In this document: positions 1 through 13,328 of the stretch, piece after piece
How positions within the stretch are numbered: position 1 is the first letter of the stretch
How the letters are laid out: the number at the start of each line of letters is the position of its first letter
DNA from: Lama glama
Lineage: Eukaryota
Direction: 5' to 3'
Assembly (NCBI GenBank): GCA_028534125.1
Contig: CM052817.1
Coordinates: 17,796,001-17,860,000, forward strand
DNA: 64,000 nucleotides
The notes under the pieces: generated by a model
Database searches by the model: none
Told to the model about the DNA's origin: nothing
The model's input: only the letters and a program-made list of their open reading frames with translations
Made by a program: the position numbers and the translations under genes

Positions 1-2613
1 ATTCCTTGAAACTGGCAAACCACCAAAGCTTACTCAAGAAGAAAGAGGTAACCTGAATAGTCTTATATCCAAATAAATTGAACTTGTAATTGTAAACCTT
101 CCTACATAGAAAACTTGAGGCTCAGATGATTTCATTGTTGAATTCTACCAGATATGTGAGAAATAAATTATGCCAGTTCTATAGATATCCTTCCACAAAA
201 CTGGAGAGCAGAAATATTTCCTGGTTCATTTTGTTAGGACAGCAATGCCCTGTTACTAGAACAAAGACATTAAAAGAAAAGAAAGCTGTAGACTGATATC
301 CTTATGAGCACAGTTGTAAGAAGTCTTAATAGTTTTTCAAAATGAATCCAACAGTATATTAAAGGGATAATAGAACATCATGATCAAATGAGCTTTATCT
401 CAGAAATGGCTGCCAGTGTGTCATTTTTATCTGTTAATAGAACAAAAAAAAAGGAAAATAATATGGTCATCTCATTACATTTAGAATAAACTTTTGACAC
501 TCATTCTTGATTATAATTTTCACAAACTAGGAATAGAAGGGAATTTCTTCATTCTGATAAAGGATACCTATGAACAAAATTTAACACCATACTAATTTTG
601 AAAGATAATATTTTCCCTTAAGATCAGGAACAATGCAAGAGCGTCCACTCTTAACCACTTCCATTTAACATACTTGAGGTTCTGAAGAGTACAGTAAGGC
701 CAGAAGAAGAAAGGAAAGGCAGCCAAACTGGAAAGAAGTAAATCATTCTTTATTTGTAGATGCCATGATTTTCTGCACAGAAAATTCTATGGAATCTTAA
801 AAAAAAAAGGTATTAAAACTAATAAATGAGTTTAGCAAGGTGGTAGGCTACATGACCAATGTATAAAATATACAAAAATGAATTATTTTTTATACTTGTC
901 ATGAACAGTGGGAAATTGAAATTTTAAAAACTACCATTTATAGTAGCATCAAAAAGTATGTAATTCTTAGGAAAAAATCTGATACAAGATGTGCAAAAAC
1001 TATATACTAGAAACTACAAAACACTGCTCAGAAGTCCTAAGTAAATGTTCTTTGGGCAGAAGACTCAGTATTGTTAAGAGGTCAGTTCTTCCCAAATTTG
1101 TCTGTGGATTCAATGTAATCCCAATCAAAATTTCAGTGGGCTTTTCTTGTAACAGTTGACAAGCTGTTTCTAAAATTTATAATGGAAATGGAAATGACCT
1201 AGTATAGCCAGAACAACCTTGAAAAAGGACGGTAAGAACTTACTACCTGATTTCAAAACTCCTTAGATAGGTACATTAATCAAGGATGGTACCAGCTTAA
1301 AGACAGCCAGGTGGATCATTGTAACAGAATAGTGGTCAGAAGTTGTTCTTGAGAGAAGGTTTTCAATCGAGGTCAAAGGCAATAAAGTTAGATAAAGGAT
1401 TTTTAACAAAGGATTCTGGAATAATTGGATATCCATATGCTCGTACCACTTAAATAACATAGTTATTTTGATAACTATGATTCATACCTAGAACCGTATG
1501 CAAAAATTAGATCAAAGTAGACCTAAATGTAAAACTTAACTTCATCAAAATTAGAAATAAAATGTTTATAACCAGATTATGGAAAGAACTCTTAAAAGTC
1601 AATAATAAGGAAATAACCCATTTTTAAATGGGAAAATGATTTGAACAGATACTTCTCCAAATAATATATACATATGGTAAATGACCATTAGAGAAATGCA
1701 AATTAAGACTACAGTGAAATACCACTACAGGCATACCTTGGAGATAATGTATGTTCAATTCCAGACTACTGTGAAAAAGTGAATATCGCAAATGAGGCAA
1801 GTTACACAAATTTTGTTGTTTGCCAGGGCATATAAAAGTTACATTTATACTATATTATAATAGCATCATGTCTAATGTGGTGGTCTTATGTCCAAAAGAA
1901 AAAACTTAAAAAATAATGCATTGGAAATATGGTGCCGATAGACTTGTTTGGTGCATAGTTGCCACAGACCTTCAATTTAAAAAAAAAAAACAAAACCCCA
2001 CAGTATCTGTGAAGTACAGTACAGTGCCACACAATAAAATGAGGTCTGCCTGCCTACATACACCTGTTAGGAATAACTAATACTGTCATACAGTGGTGGG
2101 CATGTAAGATAGTCCAACAACTTAGGAAAGTAACTTGGCACCTGAGAAGTTAAACGTGCCCTGACCATATGGCCTAGCCATTCCATTCTTACATATTTAG
2201 TTAAGAAAAAGGAAAATATGTGTTAATGCAAAGATTGAATAGGAAGTGTTAGTCATAATAGCCACACAGCATAATCCAGAACAGGTAAATGGATCAACAA
2301 ATTGTATATTTACTACACTGGATTTCTATTCAGCAGTGAAAAAGAATGAACTGTTGATACATGCAACAATGTAGATGAATCTTAGGATAATTGTGTTCAA
2401 TTTTCTAAAGAAGTCAAGAAAAAATACTATATGATTCCATTTATATAAAATAGAAAATGCAAACTGATGTAACAAAGCAGATCTGTGGTTTCTTGGTGTT
2501 TGAGGGGGAGGCAGAAGGGAAACTTAGGAATGATGACTGCCTTTCTGGACTGTGGTGATGGTGTATATAGATGCCCAAACTCACCAAATTGTATACTTGA
2601 AAATAAGTGCAGA
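1..2613 (+). mobile_element. Old LINE-1 (L1M-type) fragment: degraded ORF2 RT/C-terminal region and 3' UTR, interrupted by a Tigger1 MITE
   Basis: Recognisable L1 ORF2 segments (gaattctaccagata, aagatcaggaacaatgcaag, gaaatgcaaattaagactacagtgaaataccacta) and L1M 3' UTR (aagaatgaactgttgatacatgcaacaa, tatgattccatttatataaaa). No long ORF remains. Confidence 0.85.
1728..2052 (-). mobile_element. Tigger1-derived internally deleted DNA transposon (TcMar-Tigger MITE)
   Basis: Terminal inverted repeats CAGGCATACCT(TG) and GAGGTCTGCCTG, a TA at 1726-1727, and both Tigger1 subterminal regions joined with no transposase. Confidence 0.85.
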
Positions 2614-2845
2614 AGATCCCACATATAAGTGATATCAAATGCTATTTGTCTTTCTTTGTCTGACTTTACTCAGTATGATGATCTCTAGGCCAATCCATGT
2701 TGCTGCAAATGGCATTGTTTCATTCTTTTTTTAATGGCTGAGTAGTATTCCATTGAGAGAGAGAGAGTGTGTGTGTGTGTGTGTGTACGTACACCACAAC
2801 TTCTTTATTCAGTCATCTGGCAGTGGTTGTTTGGGTTGCTTCCTA
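2614..2845 (-). mobile_element. LINE-1 3' fragment, antisense
   Basis: Typical L1 reverse-complement text: cccacatataagtgatatc...catgttgctgcaaatggcattgtttcattc...ggctgagtagtattccattg. Confidence 0.8.
2755..2786. repeat. (GA)n(GT)n compound microsatellite
   Basis: gagagagagagagtgtgtgtgtgtgtgtgtgt. Confidence 0.95.
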
Positions 2846-5062
2846 CTTCAATTTGAAAAATTAAAAATACTAAAAGCACTAACTTGATCACCCCTCTCCC
2901 CCCAAATACCTGAAAAGAAATTAGTATATCTTCTAAAAGAGAATTTAGATAACCTTCATTTCTGTTTAAACCTCTTAAAGAGGGCAAACTTACAGATTTT
3001 TATTCTTTATTATCAAAACTATTTAGCTAAACAGTTTGGATAGAAAAGAAGACTGGAATACAAAATCGATTCCCAATTCTGTGATAAAGACCTAACCTTG
3101 ATCCCAAAGTTAAAAATCAGAAAGTTTCCCCTTTTGATAGTATAGCAGATTTAGTTCCCATCTGGCTCTTTTTCACCATATTTTCCCATTTCTTCTTTAA
3201 AGAGTTTTCCCTGTTAGGAAAACTTTAGTCTTCAATATTTTAAAAGGAATTTTATATCCCCTTTTATTGAGGTATATGAAGAGTGGGCGGTTTCATTCAG
3301 TTTCCCTTTTAAAAAAACAAACTTTTAAACCAACCTATCATATCCTAACTCCCATCTTCCAAAATTATGCAGTATTGAAAAGTGTGTTGTTATGTAGAGG
3401 ACAATGTTTTAGATAATGTTCTAAAAGCACAGCGTTTGAATTTTTGATTAAGAGTAGTTAACACTGTGTACTACTCAGCGTTTCGCCTTTTTTAAGTGTT
3501 ATATTCTTTCAGAAATACAGATAGTAGGAGTTGTTAACTCTCAGGGGCATCCCATCCTCTTGAAATAGTCCCCTTAATGTGGCTCACAGGTGTAAGTGAC
3601 TTCACTGTGGATTAAAAACCAACACAGAATAACCAGATCTTATACTGATGTATAGAAACGACTGTTCTTTTATTGTGGAGACTTCTCATTTTATCATTTG
3701 GGGCCTGATGTCATCAGTGAAAACACTAGCTGTCAACGCAGTTAGGTGTCAAGTCTCCGGGCGTGCTGGACAGATCACAGTGAGTGTGCTCATTCCTCAT
3801 GTAAGAACAGGTCTGTGCTCTAAAGTTATGACTGCAGCAGGCCTGTACCACATGCTATAAAACAAAACATAGATGTTATTCAGCGTAACACACCATTGTA
3901 CTAAGTGACTTGGTCCTGTTGTCAATAACCAAGAAGTTAGAATTTGAATCTTGGAGACCCTTGCATTGTAAGCAACCTTAAAAGGCTTGAGTATTAACTT
4001 TCTTCCCCTGTAACACTCCAGACTGATACCTACTAACTCATGCTTTTGCTTGAATTTATTTAGTACTGGGACTTCATTCACAGGGTTCGTTTCTTTAAGG
4101 ATTGCTGGAACAATTTTATGTTGTTTTCTCTGCTCAGAAAACCTTTTCTCCATCATTCAGTCTAACACATTTTGAAGCCCCATCCCCTGTCAGTCTCACT
4201 GCCACACCTCTCTTTTATCATTGTACCTGTACATGGCTCCGTTACTGCCCTGTTCAGACTATGGAAAAACTCAGTTTCTGAAGCTGTTTCTTGGCTTGCT
4301 TTAGAGATTGCCCCAAAGTAAGTAATAACCCCCTAAGGTAATAGTTAAGAAATAACCATAACCTCTTGTTGTCCACCTCAGCATGGGTTTTATTTATTTT
4401 GTAAATATTTCTGTATTTCCTGTATTGCTTTGGAGATTCCATTGTCTTTGAGTAAGATCCTTTTTTTTTTAATTTAATTTTGAATCTCTTCTTTCCTATT
4501 CGTAGCATGCAGTTTTGAGAAGTGTTTTCTCTGCTTGGGGGGAAAAACAAATCTTGGTCTAGTTTAACAGTTGGGAATACTGTATACAGATACTCTCTCT
4601 TCAGGGTTTAAGACTGAGTAGTCCTGTGGTTGGTTTCACTTTATTTGAGCTGGTTCTCTAAAACTTTGAAGGGAACATCTCAATTGCCAATCATAACTAT
4701 TGTGGAAGTTACCATGAGAAATGTTGTCTGAGATAATAAAGAAGACTTAACTGCAGGAATCTGACAGAAACAGAGCAGCTCCATGAGTTTGGCATTTATC
4801 TGGGGGGACGGGCGGTGGTGGTCGTGGTCGTATATAAGTCTGGAATGCCTTTTGGCAGCATTCTGAAGAAGTGAGAAGAGTCCAGCTGAGCCTCCTGAAC
4901 TCTCAGCTGTCTCCAAGTCCAATTTTGATGAAGAGGTTAAAAAAAAATCACAAAACTTTATTAAATATCAGCCATGTGACATACTTCATTGATTAAACAA
5001 TTTTAGAATGTCTTATTTTGCAGCTTTTCTTTTAAAATCGTTTCAGTTTTTATTGCTTATGG

Positions 5063-5229
5063 AGGGATCAGCAAATGTTTCTGTAAAAAGAGCCAAGTAG
5101 TACATATTTTAGGCTTTGAGATCCAGATGCTGTCTCTGTTGCAACCCTTTAGAAATGTAAAAGGCATCCTTAGCTTCTACAAAGTACAGAAACAGGCTGC
5201 CGGCTCGCTTGTGACCTGTGGCCTATAGT
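5063..5229. mobile_element. MER58-like hAT-Charlie MITE
   Basis: cagcaaatgtttctgtaaaaagagccaagtagtacatattttaggcttt...aaacaggctgccggc...gtggcctatagt resembles MER58. Confidence 0.7.
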
Positions 5230-5531
5230 ACTGTTTCTCAAAGCATACTCTGCAGCTCTCTGAAATGTTTGCAGGTGGGGTGCGTGTGTGCAGTTACTTT
5301 GGAAATACTTGATACAACAAAATAGGTTCCTTTACTAGAAGACAGTTCCGTGTTGGAACCTTTATTATCTCGGTTTGACAAGTGACAAAAATCCAACTTG
5401 AGAAAGTACAGGGACTGATGCTGTTGGTAAGGATGGCTGGGTTTCCCATCTTTGTGGACCATTTCTCTCCTTGAGTACTTGGGGCTCACTATGTTTAGCT
5501 GCCAGCTCAGATGCCTCGCCCCAAGCCCCCA

Positions 5532-5581
5532 ACACACACAAACACGCACACGCACACGCACACGCACACACACTCACACAC
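5532..5581. repeat. Imperfect (CA)n/(CACACG)n microsatellite
   Basis: acacacacaaacacgcacacgcacacgcacacgcacacacactcacacac. Confidence 0.95.
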
Positions 5582-6223
5582 CTACCTCTGGTTTAAACCA
5601 CTTGTTCACCGTTGGGACAACCACAGTGGTGTATGTAAGTGGGGTAAGAAAGTTAGAGGGTCTATTTTCAGAAGAATGGGGGTTAACATCAAAAGAACAT
5701 TCTTTTTGTGAATTTTGTTTGCAGTATTAAAAATTTTGAAATTTATCAAAGAAAACACAGCCAAAAATTTGACCAAGAGGATGATAGTTTAAACATGTCA
5801 AACTAGGATGACAATTGCCATGATTTCATGTTAGTAGAAACATTGATAAAATCAAAATTTCCACTTTTGTAAACATTTAAGCTTTCATGTTTTAAGTAAG
5901 GAAACTTTCAGAAATAGTTGCTCCATTGTGTTCTTCAGATAATTTTTAATTGACTCATTCAGAATGAATATTTTATAAGGAATAATAATAAAGAATACAC
6001 TTCAAAACCTGTTAGATAGGAACTGTTTTAACAAATTATGAATTTTAGCTTTGTCAGTACTGGTTTTTAACAATTGAGGTATACAAAGTAGTAATTCTAC
6101 TGGTGAGATTCTCATAGCACCTACGTTATGTTTTCCAGTGGTAAAATCTCCCTCATTCTTTCCTTAAAAGACATTGTGTGCTTTTCTTATCTTACTGTTG
6201 GAATATTTTTGGTTTTCTTTGAT

Positions 6224-6436
6224 CCATTGGTTTTCAACCCAAGTACCTCCCCTCACCCCCCAACATTTGGCAGTATCTGGAGACGTTTTTGGCTGTCACA
6301 ACTCCAAAGGTGCTATTGGCTTCTAATGGGTAGAAGTTAGAGATGTTGACAGATACTCTGCAGTGCACAGGACAGCCCCTCACAACGAAGAATTGTTCTG
6401 CCAGTACGTCCACAGTGCCGAAAAGGAAACCGCACT
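6224..6436. mobile_element. MER20 hAT-Charlie MITE
   Basis: acatttggcagtatctggagacgtttttggctgtcacaact...gcagtgcacaggacagcccctcacaacgaagaatt matches MER20. Confidence 0.8.
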
Positions 6437-8049
6437 TTGAATGAAAAGCACACGGGCTGTCAGTCCATGGGCTTTACTACTTGTGTTTCTTTTGAGTATA
6501 TTGCCTTTAAAAAATTTTTAAAAAAGAAAAGCTCCTTAAGATGCAGAATGAAGCTATCAGCCTTTAATTGCCAGAGAACATAATTTTAATGTTTCATGTT
6601 CTACTAACAAAGTTTTTTTTCTTGTTGAAAGAAGCTATTTGGCAAATTACTATTACAGGACAGCTGTTATTAATGATTACTTAAAGTTCAAGTTGCTTTT
6701 TCAAGAACTTGTATTATAAATATAAAGGGAAAGGACAAGGAAAACTTGAGCTGTCATCTTGTATTCATCATAAACACCTTGGGACCTGAACTCTTTTGTC
6801 ATGATCGTTACTGTGAAGTTACTTCCAATACAAGCGACTAGCACAGTAATTAGTGCCTGGGGTGTAGTAGGCTCTCAGTACATCTTTAATGGGAAAATGG
6901 GTAAAAGTGCAGCATACCTACTATGTCTGCAGAATGTGTGCCTTGCAAGTCAGGTAAGATGCCTGATCATTTGCCTCCAGGTCTTTTTCAACTTTGCTCT
7001 CAAACTTCAGTGGAATTCCTCTGGCCCCTTCCTCCCTTTCCCTCCTGCAGCCCTTCTAAGAAAATAATAATGGAGTTTACTGACACTCAGTTAGTCGGGT
7101 TTACTTAGAGTTACTTAATTTAAAATATTTTTCACAGTATGAGCTATTACTGTCTTCGTTTTTTAACAGATGAGAAGACTCAGCGTTAGTGACAGGAGTT
7201 AAAATTCAGACTCCTGTCTGTTTCATACCAAAGCTGTGCTCGTAGCCAGTGCAAAATACATGATGGTGTAATTTTGTCCACAAGAGCTAGACTAATTCTG
7301 AATCCTGGAACTTCAGTATCGTTTGGGGGAAGTTATTTAACCCCTCCTCCCTTTCTAAAATACAACTAATAGTATGTCTTAAAGCCTTCCCATACTGTTT
7401 GGGAAGACAATGTAAAAAGATGTGAAATCTGACACACGTATCAAGTAATTGCTAAATGACATAATAGAGACTATAAATGCAAATAGAATTTAGTGTGGGG
7501 AAGTAGATTTGAAATTATTTCTTTAAAAAATTTTTTTCAAGTATATAGCAACTTTTCACCTTTTATGCCAGCAACTGGACTTCTGTGCTAGTTCTGTCAA
7601 AATACTGGCCTTCTCCTAGCTTTGCTTTTGTTTTCTTACCCACCCTGAACTCTCTGGTTGTTCACCTGACCTAGCAACCCCTCAAATCCTTTACCATTAT
7701 CTTCTCCAGGCTACGCGTCTTGTCCAGTGCTCAGCAGATTTGAGAGTATGCTATTTCCAGTCCCACTCTAGGAATGGTAGTGGGAATCTGCACTATCATT
7801 TATGGATTCCAGCAGTAGCTAGTCCTTCAGTACTGATTTTCAGTCATTTTATTTGTACGCAGTCAGTTTCTTTCTCCACTCCCTAGAGGGTGTCTCCAAA
7901 TTGTACTTACAGCTTTTTTTTTTCTTAAACCCGTTAAACATCAAATGGCCTCTCATTTCAAATAGTTTGTAAGGCTTTCTATTAGCTAGCATCTGTTAGA
8001 CTCGCTCTAAGTGACCTTCACCTCTGCAGCATCTCACCTTTTGATGGTT

Positions 8050-8400
8050 CCCCTCTTTTGAGGTTGCCTCTTCCATAGCATCTAATACACGGTCTCAGTT
8101 CTGCCCCTACTGGTTCTTCTTCATTTCCTTTTATGCATTTTCTTCTTAACTCTCCTGTCACTGTGTTTTCTTTCTGGGAGATTTCATTCACTTCCGTGGC
8201 TTCATTTGTGAACTATATACCAGTGAACCCCACTTTTCCAGTCCAGATCCCTCTCTGGAACTACAGATGGTTATTTTCAACGACCTATTGAACACTTCCA
8301 GTGTGGAGTTCAGGGCCCTTCAGAGTCGACATTTGTCAAACAGAACCTATCAGTGTACCCTTCTCCCATAACAAAAGACTTGCAGACTCTTCTCCTGTAC
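8050..8400 (+). mobile_element. L2 LINE relic
   Basis: tcattcacttccgtggcttc...ccagtccagatccctctctggaactacagat is L2-like. Boundaries approximate. Confidence 0.55.
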
Positions 8401-10445
8401 TGTCTTCCATTACCTCTTTCTTAATGTCAGTCTTTCTTCAAGTTTGTCTTTTCTCTATGCTTTCTAAAACCCTTTCTCTGTTCCACTACTAGAATTAACT
8501 AAAAAGGAAAATTAACTGTATGTTAAAAAAAATCTCTGATTGCCATTTGTGTAGATTGAAAATCCATGTTCCACAGCATGGTGCTTTTCTATAATGGAGT
8601 TGAGATCAAATTAAATGATGATCTTTAACCAATTCTCAAAGAGATGGATTTTTTTTTATTTTAACATTTTAAGTTTTTCTAGGTCCCTTAAAAATTTTTA
8701 TTACCTGCTAACCACTTTTATCATCATCTGTCATAGGGTGATATTTGAATTGGCTTAAACTTTTATACATACTGTGTAAGTTTACAAATGTCAGATTTTT
8801 GAGGAGTTTGACAGGCCTTTCACAATGTGACTACCCAACTGGTCAGTTTTATTCATTGCCATGGCTCACTTTACAGTCTTAGAGAATTTGTTTCAACTTC
8901 CTGACTAGCATTTATTTATTAATTGCAAGACATTCAGCATGGTGTTAACAATACTTATCTTTTTGGATTATGGGGATTAAATGAAATAATGCATGTAAAG
9001 AGCTTAGTTCAGGGACTGGCATGTAATAAACACTCGAGAAACCTCAGCTGCTGTTGTGTTGTTGGGCTGCCTTACTCAGCCTGAGTCTCTCCCTGTACCC
9101 AGATGTGCAGGGTCATTCTTGGCTCTTCATGCTACTCCCAGGCCCTGGAATGCCATGCTCTTCCCTCCCACTCCCTGTGTCTAGTCCTCTTTCTTCTAGT
9201 AGTCAGCTCTTCTAAGAAAATTTTCCTGGGAAGTGGTCCTTTATCACCCCTCTCTTCCTTTACATAAGCATCCCCTGTTGGAGCTTTTTGTCATGCTTTT
9301 GTTTGGCTCATGTATTTCATTTCGTTTTCCAAACATTTTTTTATTGTCTTTACTGGACTTTGAGCTCTTTTTCAGTGGTAGGGATTGTTCTCAAATCTGT
9401 TCGAACCCAGTGCTACCTGTCCTGCCTTAAGCCAGCAGGTTTTCAGTCAGTAAACATAAGTGCTGTCATCCAGGTTATCTCACTTAATCCCCACTCACAA
9501 CCGCTCTGTATATGTCAGCATCACTGTTACTATCAGATGCGGAAACTGAAACTGGATGAGGTTGAGCGATTTGCCCCAGGCCACTTAGTTTCTAGCTGCT
9601 ACAAAGCTAGAATTCGCCACATTTAATAACTCCTGTTGTACAGCCATCCCCTTACACATTTGTCTTTTATTTATACTGTAAATAAAAGAGCATTCAGTTT
9701 ATTAAAAGGGTTTCTTGATGATTGTCTTTGAAGCACTTTGTCTTTGATTTTGTAATGTATAAAACGTCTCAAGAATTGGAATGCAGTTAATTCAGAAATG
9801 TGAAAGCTTAATCTATGTAGACCTTGTGTTCTTTATACTCTTGTATTACTTAGCAAAATAATTGGGTGAATAAATATATTTAGGACACTGAACTTCTTAT
9901 ACAGTGTTCGCATAATAAATAGGTAGTTGGAGTATTTTATATTTAAAATAATTAATGTATTTTTTCCAAAATTTAATTCAATTTTTCACTAATTTGTATT
10001 AACTTTTATTAAATTTTATATGTTTAACAATATCTTTGAGGGTAATTATGTGTTTATATATAAATGATAGCCCTTAGTCCTTATGGAAGGTTGTTATTTT
10101 AAGAACATATAATAATAAATTTGGATGACATAATGATTTTTTTGGCTTTGTATTCAGTGAAAAACACTCATTCTAATAGCTGAGAGGGGCAGGGAAGAGG
10201 TGGTGGTATTAAGTTAGATTATTAAATACAAAAATACTGTATGTTATTAATTTTATAAACAGTTTAAAGCCAAAGTAACAATGTACACAGTGATTCTAGT
10301 TATTCTGTAAGTTGTAACTGTGGTTTAATTGAGTTACATCATAAATTCCAAGAGTGAGGGACAGTTCTTTTAAAGAACAAAGTATAGAGTTGAAGATGAG
10401 CAGTATTTATTTCCCCATTGTATCATCTTTAAATTTAGTTTATGA

Positions 10446-10673
<228 letters not shown>

Positions 10674-12662
10674 TAAGATTATTGTTTTTCTGGTGGATAT
10701 ATAATTAATAGCTAATAATAACTATCACAATTTGCAAACGACGTATTAATATGCAAGTAAGACTGTGGTTTCTATTCTTGGCTTAATTTGCAAGTACAAA
10801 ATGAGAAGTAGAGGATTTGTCTCTACTGAAGGGGCAAAACAAAGTAAATTATGGCTTATTTAGTAAAGGTCCTATGGCAGGATCTCTGATTTCACAAAAT
10901 GAAATAATCCATAATTTTTATTTTGGGCTGCACGATGGTCCCTAAGTATTTCTGTGATATGTTAGCTCATACAGAAAGTAGCTTTCCTTTTGGTGGAAAA
11001 TGTAGTTTTATAAAGAAAGGTGACCCCTAAGTACCATTTTAAAAGGAAAAGGCTAAACAGCCCCCTAAATTGAGTCATGGGGTAATTGCAAAGAAAAATC
11101 CTCCCAGCTTTCTCCACTATGACCCTGTGCCTGTTCAGATGAAGAAAAACAGCAAGGCTGAGCTGGCACTCATTCCACATGAATGTGACACCACAGACTA
11201 GTCAAGTTCAGTTATAGCAGGGCTGTGTATGTTTAATATTTGTCATAATATCTTTTAAGTTTCAGCTTTTTTGGAGTATAATTGTGGGCTTTTGTTACTT
11301 GTTTTCTCACTTGGTTCCTGGAATTTTCTTGTTGAGTTTCTCAAGTCTTTGTCTTCAGATAGCATTTTTGCAATAAGCATTTTGTGGACAAATGTTGCTT
11401 ATGGGGGAAGATGAAAGATTTTTTTGGATTGGCTAGAAAGACACCAAAACTGAAGTGGGAGAAGGAATGGAAACTCAGGCTTGGGTGTTGGGTTGAAAGG
11501 AATGAATGGAATTTTAGAGTTTGTGAGATAAAGGAAATCTCAGCATATGCATAAGAGAAGGGAAATGTAGTATATACAATGATTTACGTGCTAGAAGAAA
11601 TTTGAGTAGTATCTTCCTCAGAGACCTCTAAATCTGAGCTGAAAAGAACTGAAACTTTCTAGATAATTTTATCCTCAAAGAGGACAGACAGGTGAAAACA
11701 GTATTTAGGACTCAAACCTAAGTGTTCCTTTTTAGTTATTCAAGTTTACTAAGTTTCTGCTTATTTTATCTTACTTTACTAGTAAAACAATCATATATTT
11801 AGAGTTAAGTATGGGAAGAAGTTGGCATCTACAGTTTGGGACATAGAAACCAGATCAGGATAGAGGTCCCTTTTTGTATGAAATTGATACTGGAAATTCA
11901 GGAGTTTGTTTTCTGTTTGTTCTGTTTTGTTTTTTCCATTAATGAAATTGTGTGTATTTAGGAGATTGTCTTTTTTTCCCCCTAAGCAAAACAGAGCAAG
12001 TCAGTACCCTCATTATCTGAGATGAGTCTAGAATGCTAGCCCTGCACTTCATTGTGAATCTGAAGAAGAAATCGCTTCCCTTTATCAGTCGTGAGCTAGA
12101 CGCTGTTCTGGAGGTGCCCTCAGAGTAATCTTGTAGAGTAGGCTTGCTGTAATCCCCATTCTGTGAGTGGGGAAACAGAAAATCAGAGGTTTTAAATATG
12201 CTCAGTTTCACTGTAGTTAGGAATTGAGGGAGGCAAGATTAGAACTCCTGGGTCTGTAATTCTTAATTTCAGGGTTTTTTTCCTCTAATTTTCACGGCCT
12301 TCCATGTTGTGTTTGAGTGTTAATTATCTACAGCATGGCTTAAGGATGGAGAAGAACTAGAGAACCTAAAGATGCCTAAAGAACACAAACTTTGTAATCT
12401 TAACTTTGCCCTGGATTATCTCTTTTACCATTAGTGAGTGAGCCTGGGCTGGATCTAATGGAACTATGACTAAACAGATGTTCATTGTATAGCTGCCACG
12501 TGGCAGTGTTGCTTTTTTCCCCTCTGGATTTTTTAAGATCCATTTTCATACAATTCGATTCATTTATTAACTCATTTATTCTTCATTTCTAACAACCCAT
12601 TAGGTTCCAAGTACTATGCAAAAAACTCCTTGCTAGGAATTTTAGAAGTCACTATGTCATTT

Positions 12663-13328
12663 TGTTGCAGGAAAATGGGATGGGAGAGGATGGCCATGTC
12701 CCAGGTCCCAGGCGAGTCCCTGGGGACGTGCCCTATCCATTGAGGATCCTTGGCTTCGCGCAGGAAAGAATTTAAGAGTGAGCCATAGTAGAGTGAAAGT
12801 AGATTTATTCAGGCAGATAAATACTCCATAGAATGTGGCCTGTCTCACTCAGAAGGGAGAGCAGCTTAGGAGACACACATTCCATGGACAGAATTCGTGC
12901 CATCTCATGAGGCGAGAGGCAGCCTTAGAGCATGGGGTCAACCTAGGAAAGTGGGATTGGCCATGAGGTGTGGAGGTGGCTACAGCTCAGTAACTTCATA
13001 TGCTAGCAAGTGGGAGAATTATTCCAACTGCTTTGGGGAAGGGGTGGGGATTCCCAGGAATTGGGCCACCACCCAGTTTTTGGCCTGAATGGTTAGCCTT
13101 GGAAATGTCATGGCACCTGTGGGTATGCCATTTCCCATGCTGGTATAATACAATGGGTGCATAATGAAGCTCAAGGTTTACTGGAAGTCAAATCTTCTGC
13201 CATCTTGGGCCTCAAGGTCTACTGGGAGTTGACTCTCCCACCGTCTCGGTTCTAACCAGTTTATGTCCTGTCCTCAGTTGCTGTGTCATTCTTTAATGGT
13301 TGTGCCCTGCCCCCTTCCCTCCTGTCTA
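12663..13328 (-). mobile_element. ERV1-class solo LTR, antisense in an RBPJ intron
   Basis: Begins TGTTGCAGGAAA, has a minus-strand AATAAA (tttatt 12804-12809), an internal 41-bp tandem repeat, and ends ...gccccttccctcctgtcta. It is a GC-richer island in AT-rich intron. Confidence 0.8.

Noticed and set aside
1..1700. Possible functional reverse transcriptase gene
   Set aside because: The L1 ORF2 homology is broken by stops and frameshifts, and the ORF track shows no plus-strand ORF here.
5238..5730. ORFs with RVRVRV/THTHTH repeats
   Set aside because: These are translations of the CA microsatellite.
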